From Batkoa obscura (lineage: Eukaryota): a stretch of 64,000 bases of DNA. Positions 30,183-43,000 of this stretch are shown here, piece after piece. Position numbers and translations under genes: made by a program. The notes under the pieces were generated by a model, which was given only the letters and a program-made list of their open reading frames with translations, searched no databases and was not told the DNA's origin. The stretch spans positions 248,001-312,000 of the forward strand of contig JASVEC010000020.1 in the NCBI GenBank assembly GCA_030770535.1, written 5' to 3'. Within the stretch, counting starts at the first letter, position 1. Each line of letters starts with the position of its first letter.

Positions 30183-31032
30183 ATGCTACTATTTCCACAA
30201 GATGACAGAGAGCCTAAGCTTCTCGAATTAAGAGTATTGGATGATCGAGTCTACTACATAAATCTAATAACCAAACAAAAGTTATTTAGCATAGATAGTT
30301 GCTCAATTATAATAGAATGTTTAAGTTATATAAGGCAACAGATAAAGAAGAAAAAGAATTGTGCTTTATTGATTTCCAATAATGGCAATATATTTTCAAA
30401 TGGTATGGATGTTATGGCAATAATTGGGGGTAAAGACTCTCAGCTAACTTCTTTAGAACGGTATTATCAATTATTATCAAATTTGTTAACCTTCCCGATA
30501 CCTACGATAGCTGTAGTTCAGGGTCACTCTTTTGCTGCTGGTTTCGTAATTATATATGTTATTTGTTAAGTTTGATATTTAATCACTAAAAATTTTAGAC
30601 TTTTACTTTATGTTTTGATTATATCTTTATGCGAAGTGAACACGGCTATTTATGCATGGTAATATTTTTATTTTTCTATTAGTTTTTTGGTTAACTTTTA
30701 AAAAGAATGAAGTTGATATGCCAGCCGCGATACCACCCGGCTTAGTAGAACTGATAAAACAGAAGGTTAGGGATCCAGTAATAGCAAAAAAGATCATATT
30801 ACAAGGTCATCGTTTTACTGGCAAGGAAGCAAAGCAAGCTGCACTTGTTGATGATATAAAGCCAAAAGACTCATTATTGAACTATGGTTTTGAGTTTGCT
30901 AAAACAATTGCCAAAAATAACAATAATTCAACTTACTCGAATTTAAGAGCTGAGCTATATTCCGAAGTTATTAAACAACTTAGTCACTTTAATCCAGGCT
31001 ATTTAACTACAATTCCAATGCCTAAATTATGA
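30183..31032 (+). CDS. Crotonase-family enoyl-CoA delta-isomerase/hydratase, probably peroxisomal (3 exons)
   Basis: FSNGMD oxyanion motif, FPIPTIAVVQGHSFAAGF, CM|NEVDM and GHRFTGKEA. The C-terminal PKL is PTS1-like. Confidence 0.88.
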
Positions 31033-31107
31033 ATTCACTTTCATAATGATAAATAAATCAATTTTTTCTACTGTTTATTTAAAATTAAAATTAAAGTATT
31101 TTATTCT

Positions 31108-31518
31108 CTATTTCTTGGCTTTGCCTTCTAAAAATTCTTTTGCTTCATTAATTTTAGTAGCCAAGTAAGGGGAACCTCCACGATCTGGATGGTTAGCTAA
31201 CATGATTCTACGGTGTGCAACTTTAATTTTATCTTTAGTTAATCCAGTCTCTCTATTATAAAAAAAGTCAATTAATGTTTGATTGAATAAATCAAATAAA
31301 ACCTACTTTAAGCCTAAAATTTGAGCAGCCTCTGTTTTATTCATCTTAGCATCAAATCCGCCCCTTAGAAACTTCCCGCCATTATTTAAACCACGGCCAC
31401 GTCTTACTGCATACCCAGCTAAAAAAGCACCTCCTAATACACCAAATCCTATCATAAATGGAGACTAGTTGAAGTTTAGTAATTGTTATATGATATTATG
31501 TATTGTCATTACACTCAT
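31108..31518 (-). CDS. PAM18: Mitochondrial import motor J-protein Pam18/Tim14 (3 exons)
   Basis: TM segment, then [63 protein letters not shown]. Not captured by the ORF track. Confidence 0.95.
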
Positions 31519-32135
31519 TTTTTTTGATTCAAATAAAATAAGAAATTTAATTGGAATCTAAACTAAGTTAATAAAATATAAGTTTATTTTATTGGTTGAT
31601 CTATGGCTAGACTTTTGTTGCTTATTTCGAAATAATTTCTCACATTTAATTATAATCTACAGTGATAGATGATAATAATAAATAACTACAATAATTATAA
31701 TAATAGCAAAACAATAGTAGTATAATATAAAGTCAACTATTGGTTATAATGTAAAATTATTATTATTAGTAACATTAAATAAAGCAACGAATAGAAATAG
31801 AACTAAACTCATAAAAATAAGGATTGTCTTCATAAATAACCAGATGTAATAATATACTATCAAGTGCATTGTGTTTAAAATTTAAGTTTGTTTAAACAAG
31901 TTTTGTCAAAAAATAACATGATAGTATAAGCTGTTCTATCTGTATTTATCCTTTTTAAAACCAAAACAAATAAAATTTTAAAGATAAGCCTAACGGATAC
32001 AAAATAATTCCACGTAAAAAACAAAAAATAGCTCTTTTTCTAAAAAATCAAGCTATTTCTCAACATTACATACAACGAAGATACAATCAATAATAAAAAA
32101 GAAAGAGATCCTTATAAATAACAAAAATAACAAAA

Positions 32136-33109
32136 ATGACAATAGATAAAAATCAAGAAATAGAAGATATATTAAATAAACAAAGTTATTATGATGTTTT
32201 GCAAGTAACAAAAAATGCCAGTCCTCAAGAGATAAGAAGAGCATACATACTAGTAATTCAAAACATCAGCTTCAAAATTATCAAAACCTGACAAATTTGT
32301 TTAGAAATCTCGTTATTGTCACCCAGATAAGTCACCTACACATCCAAAAGCAACACGAGCATTTCAAAGTAAATACACATAAACTAGAATTATCATTTAA
32401 CTAAGTAAAGCTGAATAGAACTATCGTCGGCATATGAAACATTGAGCAATCCAACAAGTAAATTGAATTATGATTTTAACGGTGAGAAGACATTTTGCTT
32501 TGACTCTCAGTTGTCGTTTATACAGGCTTTAACACAGGTAATTCAAATAAACATATTTTATTTATTTAGTCAATTTCTGTTTAGATTTATAAGGACTTTG
32601 TTGATGGTAACTTTGAAAATTTATTATCTATTTTAGGTAAAAATTTAAGCTTACTATATTACTAGCATATATAACAATATTATTAGATTTTATCCAACAG
32701 AGAAATCCAGAATTAAATATAGATAGAGAGTCAGCAAATAAATTACTAATGGAGTTAAGAGATATAGTATTAGGTAACATAACACTCACAATATATATAA
32801 CTGATCATCTAACTTAAGTTAGTAAGCAATAAATACATGGAAGTAGTAAAAGAAGAGATATTCCGGTTATACATTATACAAAATGAATTGTGCTCGTTAT
32901 CTTATTTTAATATATTTGGACGTTTGAAATTAAGTTTAAAACTGAGTAAGAGTATTTTAGCAATACCTTTAGTTATGAATTCAATTACTAAAGAGAGAAG
33001 TTTAATCAATGAGCCTTTATTGTCAGCTCTAAAACTGGTCATTGTTTGGATTGAAAAAATGGAGAATTCGTTTATGTTTAATCATTATTTAACTTCTTAT
33101 CCTATTTAA
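32136..33109 (+). CDS. DnaJ-domain protein (multi-exon)
   Basis: SYYDVLQVTKNASPQEIRRAYIL|KSRYCHPDK...ATRAFQ|KLSSAYETLSNPTSKLNYD is a J-domain with HPD. Confidence 0.88.
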
Positions 33110-33210
33110 TAATAACTTGTTATTTATTTGTATTAATAATACATTGTTATATTTATGTTACATTTTTGTCATATTATATTATGTCTATATTTTAATATTG
33201 TTTTATTATT

Positions 33211-34427
33211 TTATTTGTTTGGTAAATTAGTATGAACACGTATAACTTCATCTAGTTCATTAATTTGATTTAAAAATTGATTGATTTCATCAATCACGAC
33301 GTCATCTTCATTTTCTGTTTGAGGAGGATGCCATTCAACAGTAGGGTGATAATAGGGATTAATAGATTTAATAGTATATTTGTCCAACTTATTGATGGTA
33401 TTACTTAAATTTCCAAGTTGCTCAAAAGAACAAATGATCTGTAAATAATTTATTTGAGCTTCTTGTTATTTTTAAATTGACTTTGCTTACTTCGTAATCA
33501 TTAGCTTCTTCACCTTCTTCAATATCTTCAATGTCATACTCGAGCATCTCTTCCATTAAAGTATTAAGATCCATGTTTGATTCGCTCTTACTTGATATGA
33601 TTATTTTTCCTAGAAAAAAATCATATTATACACTGCACCATATATATAATTTATGTCTTATACTAGTTTTATTATTCGTAATAACGTATACCACAAACAT
33701 ACCTTTTTTTTCAAACATCCAAGCAACATCTGTGATCGAACCCCTATTTTATTAGTTTGACTTCAACAATAGTAAAAAATTTAACTACCCAGCCCTAGTA
33801 AGTATAGAACGTATCTCTTTAATGGTACGATTCCTAGAAGCTGTAATAGCCTCGCTGAATATTTGGAATTGATTAAAATATTGATAGAGTGATAGAAACT
33901 GAACTTACACAACAACAGCTAACGAATATGGTCCCATACCAAAAAAACATACTTCGTTCATTGCATCTTCAGTCTTACCTGTTGCCTATTGGTTATTATT
34001 TAATTTTGGTAATCGAATTATTATATGTAAATAAATCTTTACCTTTTTAAAAGCATTTTCCAAATTCTTTTTTGGAAAATCTTTACTTTTAGCTAACGCT
34101 AATGCAGCTGCCAGCCTTAAATTAAACTGGGGATCCACACCTCCAGCTAAACATGATTTATTAACTTAACTTGTTTCCGAATTTAATTTATTAATACCTA
34201 CATTTTATTGCAGCTATTAATTCTAATCCGATTTTAGCAAATTCGGCTCCTCGTTTTTTATCTAAAGCTCCTTTTGTATGCCTAATATTTGCCCACTTAC
34301 TGTGCCCTGCATACCTTAATGTTATTTTTTCTGCACTGGTGATGAGTTGTTTATTCTATTGTTATTGTTATTTATTTATTATTGCTAATTGGTTTCATAT
34401 TACTTGTCTAAAAAGTTGAAGCAGCAT
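33211..34427 (-). CDS. YebC/TACO1-family mitochondrial translation factor (multi-exon)
   Basis: [64 protein letters not shown] and DDVVIDEIN...[14 protein letters not shown]. Confidence 0.9.
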
Positions 34428-34530
34428 ATGGGGATGTATTTTTGTTTAAGAATTTTATTAACAGTTTTTCCACTCAAATAGCGCTTGAAAGATGGAAAAA
34501 GTGATAAAGCCAAAAAAAACACCCTCATAT
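34426..34530 (+). mobile_element. MITE family 1 copy abutting the TACO1 start codon
   Basis: Full length, with ATAT flanks. Confidence 0.9.
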
Positions 34531-34648
34531 CCTATACTTTTGAAAAAAAGGAAAACAAAATAAAATTTCGCTTTTTATAAATGAAAAGTAAACTAGTAAA
34601 TTTACTTAAAAGTGGGCTGTATTATTTTATTAATTTAGCAAAATTGAA

Positions 34649-35577
34649 CTATATCTCATCAAGTTCATCAAACAAATCATCCTCAATGTTAAAGGGAGGG
34701 TAATCCCCAACTTTGACTTTATATGGCTTAACAAACAGACCGTATTTTTCTCTACACTCAAAATAAGGAACTTCATTTACACTAACAAAAATATGAAAAC
34801 AATACTATCGTCAATATGAGCATCTTACCTCCCATTATTTTTACCATAAGGTTCGTCCAATTCAACTCCAACCCAGTAACCTGGCTTAAATTGAGTTTTT
34901 CCAATAAATTTAATAGTTCCTCTTTTTGCCATACTATCCTCTTCATTTTTAATCTCACATCTCTGATTTACACTCATATCTTTAGGCTCTGTCTCTTCTT
35001 CTTTTATTTCCTGCTCTTTTTCAGAAAATTTACCTAGCTGATTGCGCTTTTTAAAGGCTAGAACAGTATCTAAATAGATTTATAAACATCATTTAATCTG
35101 GAATTTAATCTGCACTTATAAATACCTTGTCTCTTCTCATATTCCTCGTTACTCAACTCGAACTTTTTAACCAGGTTAACGTCCGTGTATTGTTGCTGTT
35201 TTTGACTCCCAGAGCTATCAATCACCTGTTTATTTGTTAAGAAACTATATCTCACTATCATTTTATAATTCACTTACTTGCACACGATACCCATCATCGA
35301 CATAAAAAGCACCCAACATTATTGAGTCTTCTGTTTCGCCATTGAATGGGGTCATTATTTGAACTAATTGCTCCCCATTATATAAATTTAGTATTTGGTT
35401 TGAAACTGAAATGCCAGTGATGGGCTCTAGTCTTTTCTATATTTTAATACAATTATTATTTATTTATTCCACATTATTATTGTTTGTGTTTACTTTAAAA
35501 CTACTTAATGTTATGCCTTTATCAAATCTTTTTTCGACATAGATGATGCCACTGCTTATCTGTAAATTTACTGACAT
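34649..35577 (-). CDS. TBCB: Tubulin-folding cofactor B (Alf1/TBCB): Ubl + CAP-Gly (multi-exon)
   Basis: [63 protein letters not shown]...[18 protein letters not shown]...GDYPP, and an acidic end DEI. Confidence 0.93.
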
Positions 35578-35705
35578 TTTTTTATAAAAATATTAAAACT
35601 GAAAAGCAAATTATTTTTTCAAATTGTTATAATCCAAAATAATTTAAGCTTGACTTTTTCTACTAAAGACTTAAAAATAAAAATAAAATTATAACTAACA
35701 TATTT

Positions 35706-37111
35706 TTAATTAGAATCATCTCTTGCTAAAACCTGCTGTCCTTCCTTAGAGAGGTCTTCATCAATCGGTGCTTGTGATAACTTTTTAAAACGATTAACGG
35801 CCTTAACCAAACCAACAGCTCTCTTGAATGCTTTTCTAGCATTAAAGTTCTCTTTGACTGTAGGTAATAGGTTATTGCCCTCCTTGGTATCTTCGGCCAA
35901 GATGGGTATATCTTTCTCTTTAATAACAGATTGTAACCAGGGATGTAAAAGCGCTTGTTCTGCTGTTAATCTACCTTCTGGTTGGACTACTAATAAATTT
36001 CTTATGAAATCCCTTGCTGTTTCACTAACATCCTCCCAATACCTCTCAGGTTCAAAGCTAAAGTTACCATTAAGTATATCTTGTACTTCAACTGTTTCAT
36101 CTGATTGGTCGAATGGTGGATAGCCACATAATAAAAAGTAAGCAATGACTCCAATGGCCCACATATCTCTATTTAATTATTACTAAATTTTATATTACTA
36201 TCTGATGTATTAATTACACTGGTTTCCCATGACCACTTTTTAAAAATATCTCAGGTGCCTAAAAAATTATTAGTGTTTGTTCTATTGCTCTTGTTTTTAT
36301 TCATTATTACCATATAACCAGGAGTTCCGCAAGTAGTAGTAAGTGCAGTAAACTCCTCTTGATTAATGATACGAGATAAACCAAAGTCACCAATCACCAA
36401 TTCGCTTTCTTCATCATCAGTTTTAAACAATAAATTTTCAGGCTAAAATTAAAATTAAATGCTGAAAACTTAAATTTTTTAGCTAAATTTTACTTTCAAA
36501 TCTATTTAAAGGATTTTGTTATTAGTATTCTCTTTGTATAATGTATTTATTTACCTCTATGTACGATATCATTTTGGTGGAGATATCCTACAGCTTCTAC
36601 AATTGTATAAATAATTTTAGCTGCATCTGTCTCAAAGAAAGAGCCCTTATCACAGATTCTATCAAATAATTCACCACCAGTAGCTAATTCAGTAATAAGA
36701 TAAACTACAAAAGATATTTAGTTTAGATAGTCAAAACTTAAAGGAATGCCTTACGATTATTAGCTGTTTCAAAATAATCAACCAAAGTCAAAATATTTTT
36801 ATTCCCTTGAGATACTTTTTTAAGGATACTAATTTCATTACGTATCATATTTTCTCTTCCAGCCATCAACCTTTTATTCATTACTTTAGCTGCATAGTAT
36901 TTTCCAGTTTCTATCTGTTATAATTAAAACTTGTTATTTTTACTTTTTTATGTAGGTTGTTAATATTACATGAATGGCCTCTGTAATAAATTTATATTAA
37001 TAAAATTGACTTTCTGCGTTATTACTATTTACCTTTAACGATCGCATATGTTCCTTGTCCTAAAGTACGCCCTGTCTTATATTTGCATGGTACTGTTTTA
37101 ACTTGACTCAT
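35706..37111 (-). CDS. Ca2+/calmodulin-dependent protein kinase I family, paralogue B (multi-exon, two microexons)
   Basis: [54 protein letters not shown] and [20 protein letters not shown]. Confidence 0.94.
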
Positions 37112-37966
37112 TTTATTAATTTTTAGATAAGATAGATTCCTTAATAAAAAAGATAATTTTTAATGTAAAATTTAAACTATGATGTAGCTTCTGCACTTGA
37201 ATTAAAGCTAATTAAAATTAATGAATTTTAATAGCTCTAAGTTGATTGGTTTACAGCCTATGTAAAATCCGTTTTTGTATAGAGTTTCTCCTTGAGTTAC
37301 TCCTTAATCACCGTTTCCCTAGTTTTATTAGTTGAAAACCGGAATATTTGAATTTATCATGGCTAATAGTTCTTTTTAATTAAATCGATATCAAAATTAT
37401 GAAGATGGGTCTATTGTAGGCTTTTAATCACAACTATGACTTGCTTACTTAAATATTTAGTTTGTTTGTAAATTTTAAGAATTATAAAATGAAATAATTA
37501 CTTGGCTTCAGATGTGGTATTCCTATTACTTTACTTTAAGCTTTTCAGGATTATAAATTGTTCTTCAATATTTAACTTCATAATATATTAGAAAGTTTTT
37601 CACAATAATAAAGTATATCTATAACAATAAAAAAATTTTATACACCAAATTGTTTTTAAAATATAGCATATTTCTATAAGATTATATCTAAATAAAATTT
37701 TTAAAGAATAAAAAAATGATAACATTTACGGCAAAACTATTTATATTATCTTAAGCCTTGGAATTAGTTAAAGTTTAAACTAAGAAATAGAAACTCAGTT
37801 TCAACCAGAGAAAGAAGCCAATAGTATCCCACTTATTTTTAATCACTAAGAAAAGAGTGGCTAATTAAGTATCTAATAAAAATGAGAATGAACAAGATGA
37901 TTATTTGCATTGTAAAAAAAAGAATACTTTTCAATTTTTTATATTTTAAATTAATACTATTAAATT

Positions 37967-38536
37967 ATGTAAATATTGGTCATAATGCATTAGTTAATAC
38001 GATACTAATAAAAAATCTAGGTCTTATCCAGCCGGAAATAATGACAATCAGCCACCAACAGGTTCTTCTAAGACCAAGTTGATTCAACAACAGGTTGACG
38101 AAGTAGTAGGTATAATGCAAGAAAATATTGATAAAGTGATGGAAAAGCAAGAACGTTTAGAAAGTTTGAATGATAAAGCTGGTAAGTATTTCAAACATAC
38201 CTAAAAATCAAGAGTAGAAAGCAAAATAATACTAGTTACTTTTTAAACAATAGCTTGTTAATAAACTTTTATTAGAAAATTTAAACCAAAACGCAATGCA
38301 CTTTAAGCGTGGAGCTAACAAGGTACGCAAAGCTATGTGGTGGAAAGACTTCAAACTTAAGATTATTATTGCTATTGTAGTAGTTATCATTTTGTTGGCC
38401 ATCATACGTAAGTATTTTTAGTATTTACTGATAAAATACTGATAGTTTGTTTATAGTTCCAATTGTATTGAAAAGCAGCGGAAGTAATACATCCTCAAAT
38501 GAAACCCCTGCACCTGCTGCTTCTCCTTCCTCTTAA
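37967..38536 (+). CDS. Synaptobrevin/VAMP (Snc1/2-like) v-SNARE (4 exons; start codon probably split by intron 1)
   Basis: [36 protein letters not shown]...[20 protein letters not shown], then a TM helix and a short luminal tail. Confidence 0.93.
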
Positions 38537-38820
38537 TGATAATGTTTCCATTTTATTTGTAAATAATCAAAGCTTACAGAAGCTTACTTTTTTTGTTTTT
38601 AAGATTATTTGCTTTAAAATTACACTCAAGATTTTTTTCTTTCGCCTATCTTAACTATTTAAATGAAATATATAAATATATATAAGATTTAAATGATTTT
38701 AGTTTTAATTTTAATTTTAATGAGTTATCTTAAATATTAATATATAAAGTAAATTATCAAAAAAATAATAAAATAAAATGTATGCTATTTGTATTTGCTT
38801 TCTCTTTTTTCTAATAAAAT

Positions 38821-40126
38821 TTAATCTTGACTTTCTTCGGCATTCCAATTAAAAGCAAAATGAGTATAAGGTGAATAATTTTGGTCATCAAAAACACCAG
38901 GTACAGAAGCAAATTCAGAATCATTATTGTCATCGTCATGCACTCCACCTCGAGAACCTGCCAAATATCCATAATGCTCAATTAACTTTTTATGAAGTTT
39001 GCCTTCATTTCTTGGCTAATAAAACATTAATATAAATATCATTTAATTTAATAATAATAAACTTACCTTAATTACTGAAAATACATAATCTGGGGGCAGA
39101 CCATAACGAAGTACAGATTCTGTAAAGGCACGAAGGACCTTAATATGAATCCAAGCTGAAAACGCATCCCCAAAAGTAACTTGACACCATTGTAATAATC
39201 CACGCCAAAGTTCTACTTCCAACTTAGTTACTCTTTCAATTTCCTTTTTAGTCTCTTCATTCTTTTCTTCTGAGTATTCAAAGTCCCTAACCACAAATTT
39301 ACGTTCACGACATCCTTTAGAAAACTCTTGTGCTACCTTTTTAAATACTACTGCTGAATACAAAGTAAATTCTGAATCTTCAGCAATCTTAATACTAGAT
39401 CTTGGTACCACCATAATAGATATAGTTTCATAACTAGATTCCCATTCCTTTACTTGGTTATTTGGCACTGCTACAAACACTGAGGTTAAAAACTCAGAGC
39501 CAGAAATTGAGTGCTCAGGCCCAACTACTTCGGTTAAACTACGTACTGATAGATTACCCGTCATTCTTCTTTCATAACTGACCATGGAATTACGGATGGT
39601 TTGATATTGGGTGGATTTATGTTTTAGTTGAGTGTCTAAATTAGTAACTTCAGTTTGGATATTGGTAGTTATTTCTTTTAATGATTTATCCGTGCGGTAT
39701 TTCATACTATTCCATTGGAAAGAACGTAAATAATCATCTACGGTACGGTTGTTTATTTTCAGATAATCTTTTAATGTACCTAAGTTGTTTCCGTGGCCAT
39801 TTTTAAGGTTGTTTCTTAAAGTGTCGACAAGCTTTAATAATATACCTTCAAAAGTAGTGTCATATTTGGCTAACTCATCAGATAGGATAACTAAACTGTC
39901 TAAAGTACCTACCTGTTATTTTAATCGTTAATGATATTTTATTATTATCAAATTTAAATAAATTTACCTTAAGTTCTGGTAAAGTTAAAGAAGCTAATTC
40001 TGAACCAGCGGTAGGATCGACTTCGGAAACTAAAGTACGCAAGTTGGATAAAGCCATACTTTTATCACCAGATCGTTGATTCCCATTGACTCTTGTGGGT
40101 AAACTGATAAGCCAATATAAAGTCAT
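38821..40126 (-). CDS. VMA5: V-ATPase V1 subunit C (3 exons)
   Basis: YWLISLP, ELK|VGTLDSLVILSDELAKYD, FQWNSMKY, GNLSVRSL, MVVPRSS and WIHIKVLRAFTESVLRYGLP. Confidence 0.96.
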
Positions 40127-40653
40127 TTTTGAAAAAAATAAAAATATAAAAAACAAATTTAATCAGCTTTCTAAGTGTTTACGTGATAGTTTTCCCTATT
40201 TTTTATTCCTAGTTTGATTGGTATGAATTCATTCTTGATTTATTTTTGTGGCTTAAGTTATTTTTGTTAGGAAATTAAAGTTAATAAGCTTGAATATAAA
40301 TTATACAGCTATAAAGATAACTTAATATTGGAAGTATTTATTAACATAATATAAATGCTATATGATATAGCATATTATAATCGATATGCATACTATTATA
40401 ATATTATCATATATCATAAAAACATCTAACTTAATATATATAATACATCACTATTAGTATTATCAATCAAGTAAAATAATAAAGCGGGTCAAAAATAAAT
40501 CTTAATAACAGTCATAAAGTAAATAAACAAAATATCCTAAAAAAAGCTATTTATATAATAAAATTTGAACAAAGAATTAGCTTTATGCTTTAGTAAAAAG
40601 TGGTTTATAGGTCAACGTATTAAGGACTCCTTTAAAGAAATTAGCGACGTTAT

Positions 40654-41539
40654 TTAACAACATCCTGAACTAGATTGTTGTTTTGGTACAGCTGCTCCAG
40701 GTTGAAGTTTAATTTGAGATTTATTTCCAGCCATATTGGCAGCAGAGGAGCCCATTCTAATTAATTTGTTACTGTTAGTACTCTTTTACTACAACTAGTT
40801 TTTGTTTTACCTGTCTTTAATTTGTTTAGCCATAGTTAAGAAAGCTTGTTCAACGTTGGTAGCTTCTTTAGCTGAAGTTTCTAAGAATGGAATAGAGATA
40901 CTATCAGCGAAATCCTAAATAAAAACATTTATTATAGTTGCTTTTGAATTTAAATCTAATTATACCTTAGCAGTCTCTGTTTCTACTACTTTTTTGTCAA
41001 CTAAATCATTCTTATTACCAACTAGTAATTTTGAAACACCTTCTGAAGCATAACGCTCAATTTCTTGTAACCATTGTTTTACATTGGCAAATGAGTCTTG
41101 ATCTGTTACATCATATACTACAATAATACCATGGGCGCCACGATAATAGGATGAAGTAATAGTACGGAAACGTTCTTGACCGGCGGTATCCCACTTTATA
41201 AATTTAGTATTTTTTTGATCATTTTATGATTTAAACTTACAATTTGAAGTTTAACGGTTTTTCCTTCAAGTTCGATAGTACGAATTTTCTAAAATATTGA
41301 TTGAGGTTAGCTAATATGTATTTTTTGAACAGTTAAAGTATAATTACAAAATCAACACCGATGGTGGAAATATAGGACTCGGTATAAGTGTCATCAGCAA
41401 AACGGAGTAATAAACAAGATTTACCAACACCGGAGTCACCAATTAATAAAAGTTTAAATAGATAGTCGCTACAAACAAGTACAAAAATGTTAGTTTATTT
41501 AATTATTATGACCTATAAAACATACTATTCTGGATTCAT
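40654..41539 (-). CDS. YPT1: Rab1/Ypt1 GTPase (multi-exon)
   Basis: [75 protein letters not shown] and a C-terminal GCC. Confidence 0.97.
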
Positions 41540-43000
41540 AATTTATATAAAATAATAGATTCTTAATAATATAAAAAAGTTATCAAAGTAAAAGTTTTAA
41601 TTGAAGCAATTTGCTTGCTTTTTTTAATGCGCTTAGCTTTTTGCACTATTATTTGGTTCCATTAACGGAATTACTTTCCTCACTTTTTTCTTTATCGAAA
41701 TTTTTCAAGCTTAAGAGATTTGGCAATTTATTAAAAAGTGAGTACAAATTTAACATTGATAAGAGTCATTATAGTTAGAAAGCCTTCTCTGATTGGTTGG
41801 AATCTGATAATTGGATACATCAACGTGTAAGTTTTTGAAAAGTGAGCTCATAGCTTCAATTTTTGTATAACTGTGCTAACTTTTCCAATTGTTTGAGATT
41901 GCTCTGAATTTAAAATTATTTTTAAAATAGTAGGCAATACTAAATCGCAATCATTATCACTTTAATCAACTAGAACTAAAATGGGCAAATTAATTTAACC
42001 AATGATTAACAGTGAATGCCACTAATAACTTTTTAATTGGATTAGGCTGGAGTTGTTCAGGCTGTTTTAAACCAATTATCAAAGTACAACAGCATGTAAA
42101 TACTGTAAATGGCCATTTTTTTAAGAACTTAATTTATTATTTTATCTTTGCGACTGTTTTAAAATAACTAGTAAGTTATAGTCAAAAATAGTGTTATTTT
42201 GTCAAATATTTAATGAAAAACAAAAGACATTAAAAATCAGATATCAAAAGAGAAGTCCCTTTTTAATAATAATAAACTTGTTAGATTTAGTTTCATTTTC
42301 GAGCTGTAGTTAATTTCATCCTAAAATTAAAAATATTTTAAAACTAAACAGCTTTTTAGCCTTGCTTTTTATACATTATTTTTCATGAGTCTTATCTTTA
42401 AATTTTTAATACTTTTGAAGTCAAATTATTTATTTTTATATGAAGAAGTCAAAAAATCAATAGAACAAATAAATAGAAGTACTTAAAAGCAAGATAAGCA
42501 GGATTGTTTATTTAATTTATTGTGTAAGGTATTCTTTGTATATATGCAAATTTAAGATTGAATTATTGATTTCTAAAATACGAAAAAAAGGAGCAAATAT
42601 TATGAGGTGCTTTTGACCCAAACCTGATAAAATATTTAAATTGTGAAGCTCGTTATTTTTATTTTTTACACAGATTTATATAGTTTATTAATATTATGGT
42701 TTTCGAGTTTAGTGTTAATCGAGTTATGTATTAAAGTGTAGATATAACTTTGACGTGTATCACATTGAGATTTTTTGTTAGGAGCTAAAGCTCAAAGCAC
42801 TAATACTTTTTTTGATATAGTAAACGTTCCCATTAGATACCTTGGAAATAAATAATTAAATAAATACAAAGCTTGGAATGTGATCTATTTTGAAGATATA
42901 AAATAGATTTACGTAAATATACTTAGTTAGCACTACTTCAACTCCTTTATTCTATGGACTTACTGATCTCATTTATATTTTATATCAAAACTATTTAAGT

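Noticed and set aside
31108..33109. Two J-domain genes arranged head-to-head
   Set aside because: PAM18 and the DnaJ protein belong to different subfamilies with no similarity beyond HPD. The adjacency is probably coincidental.
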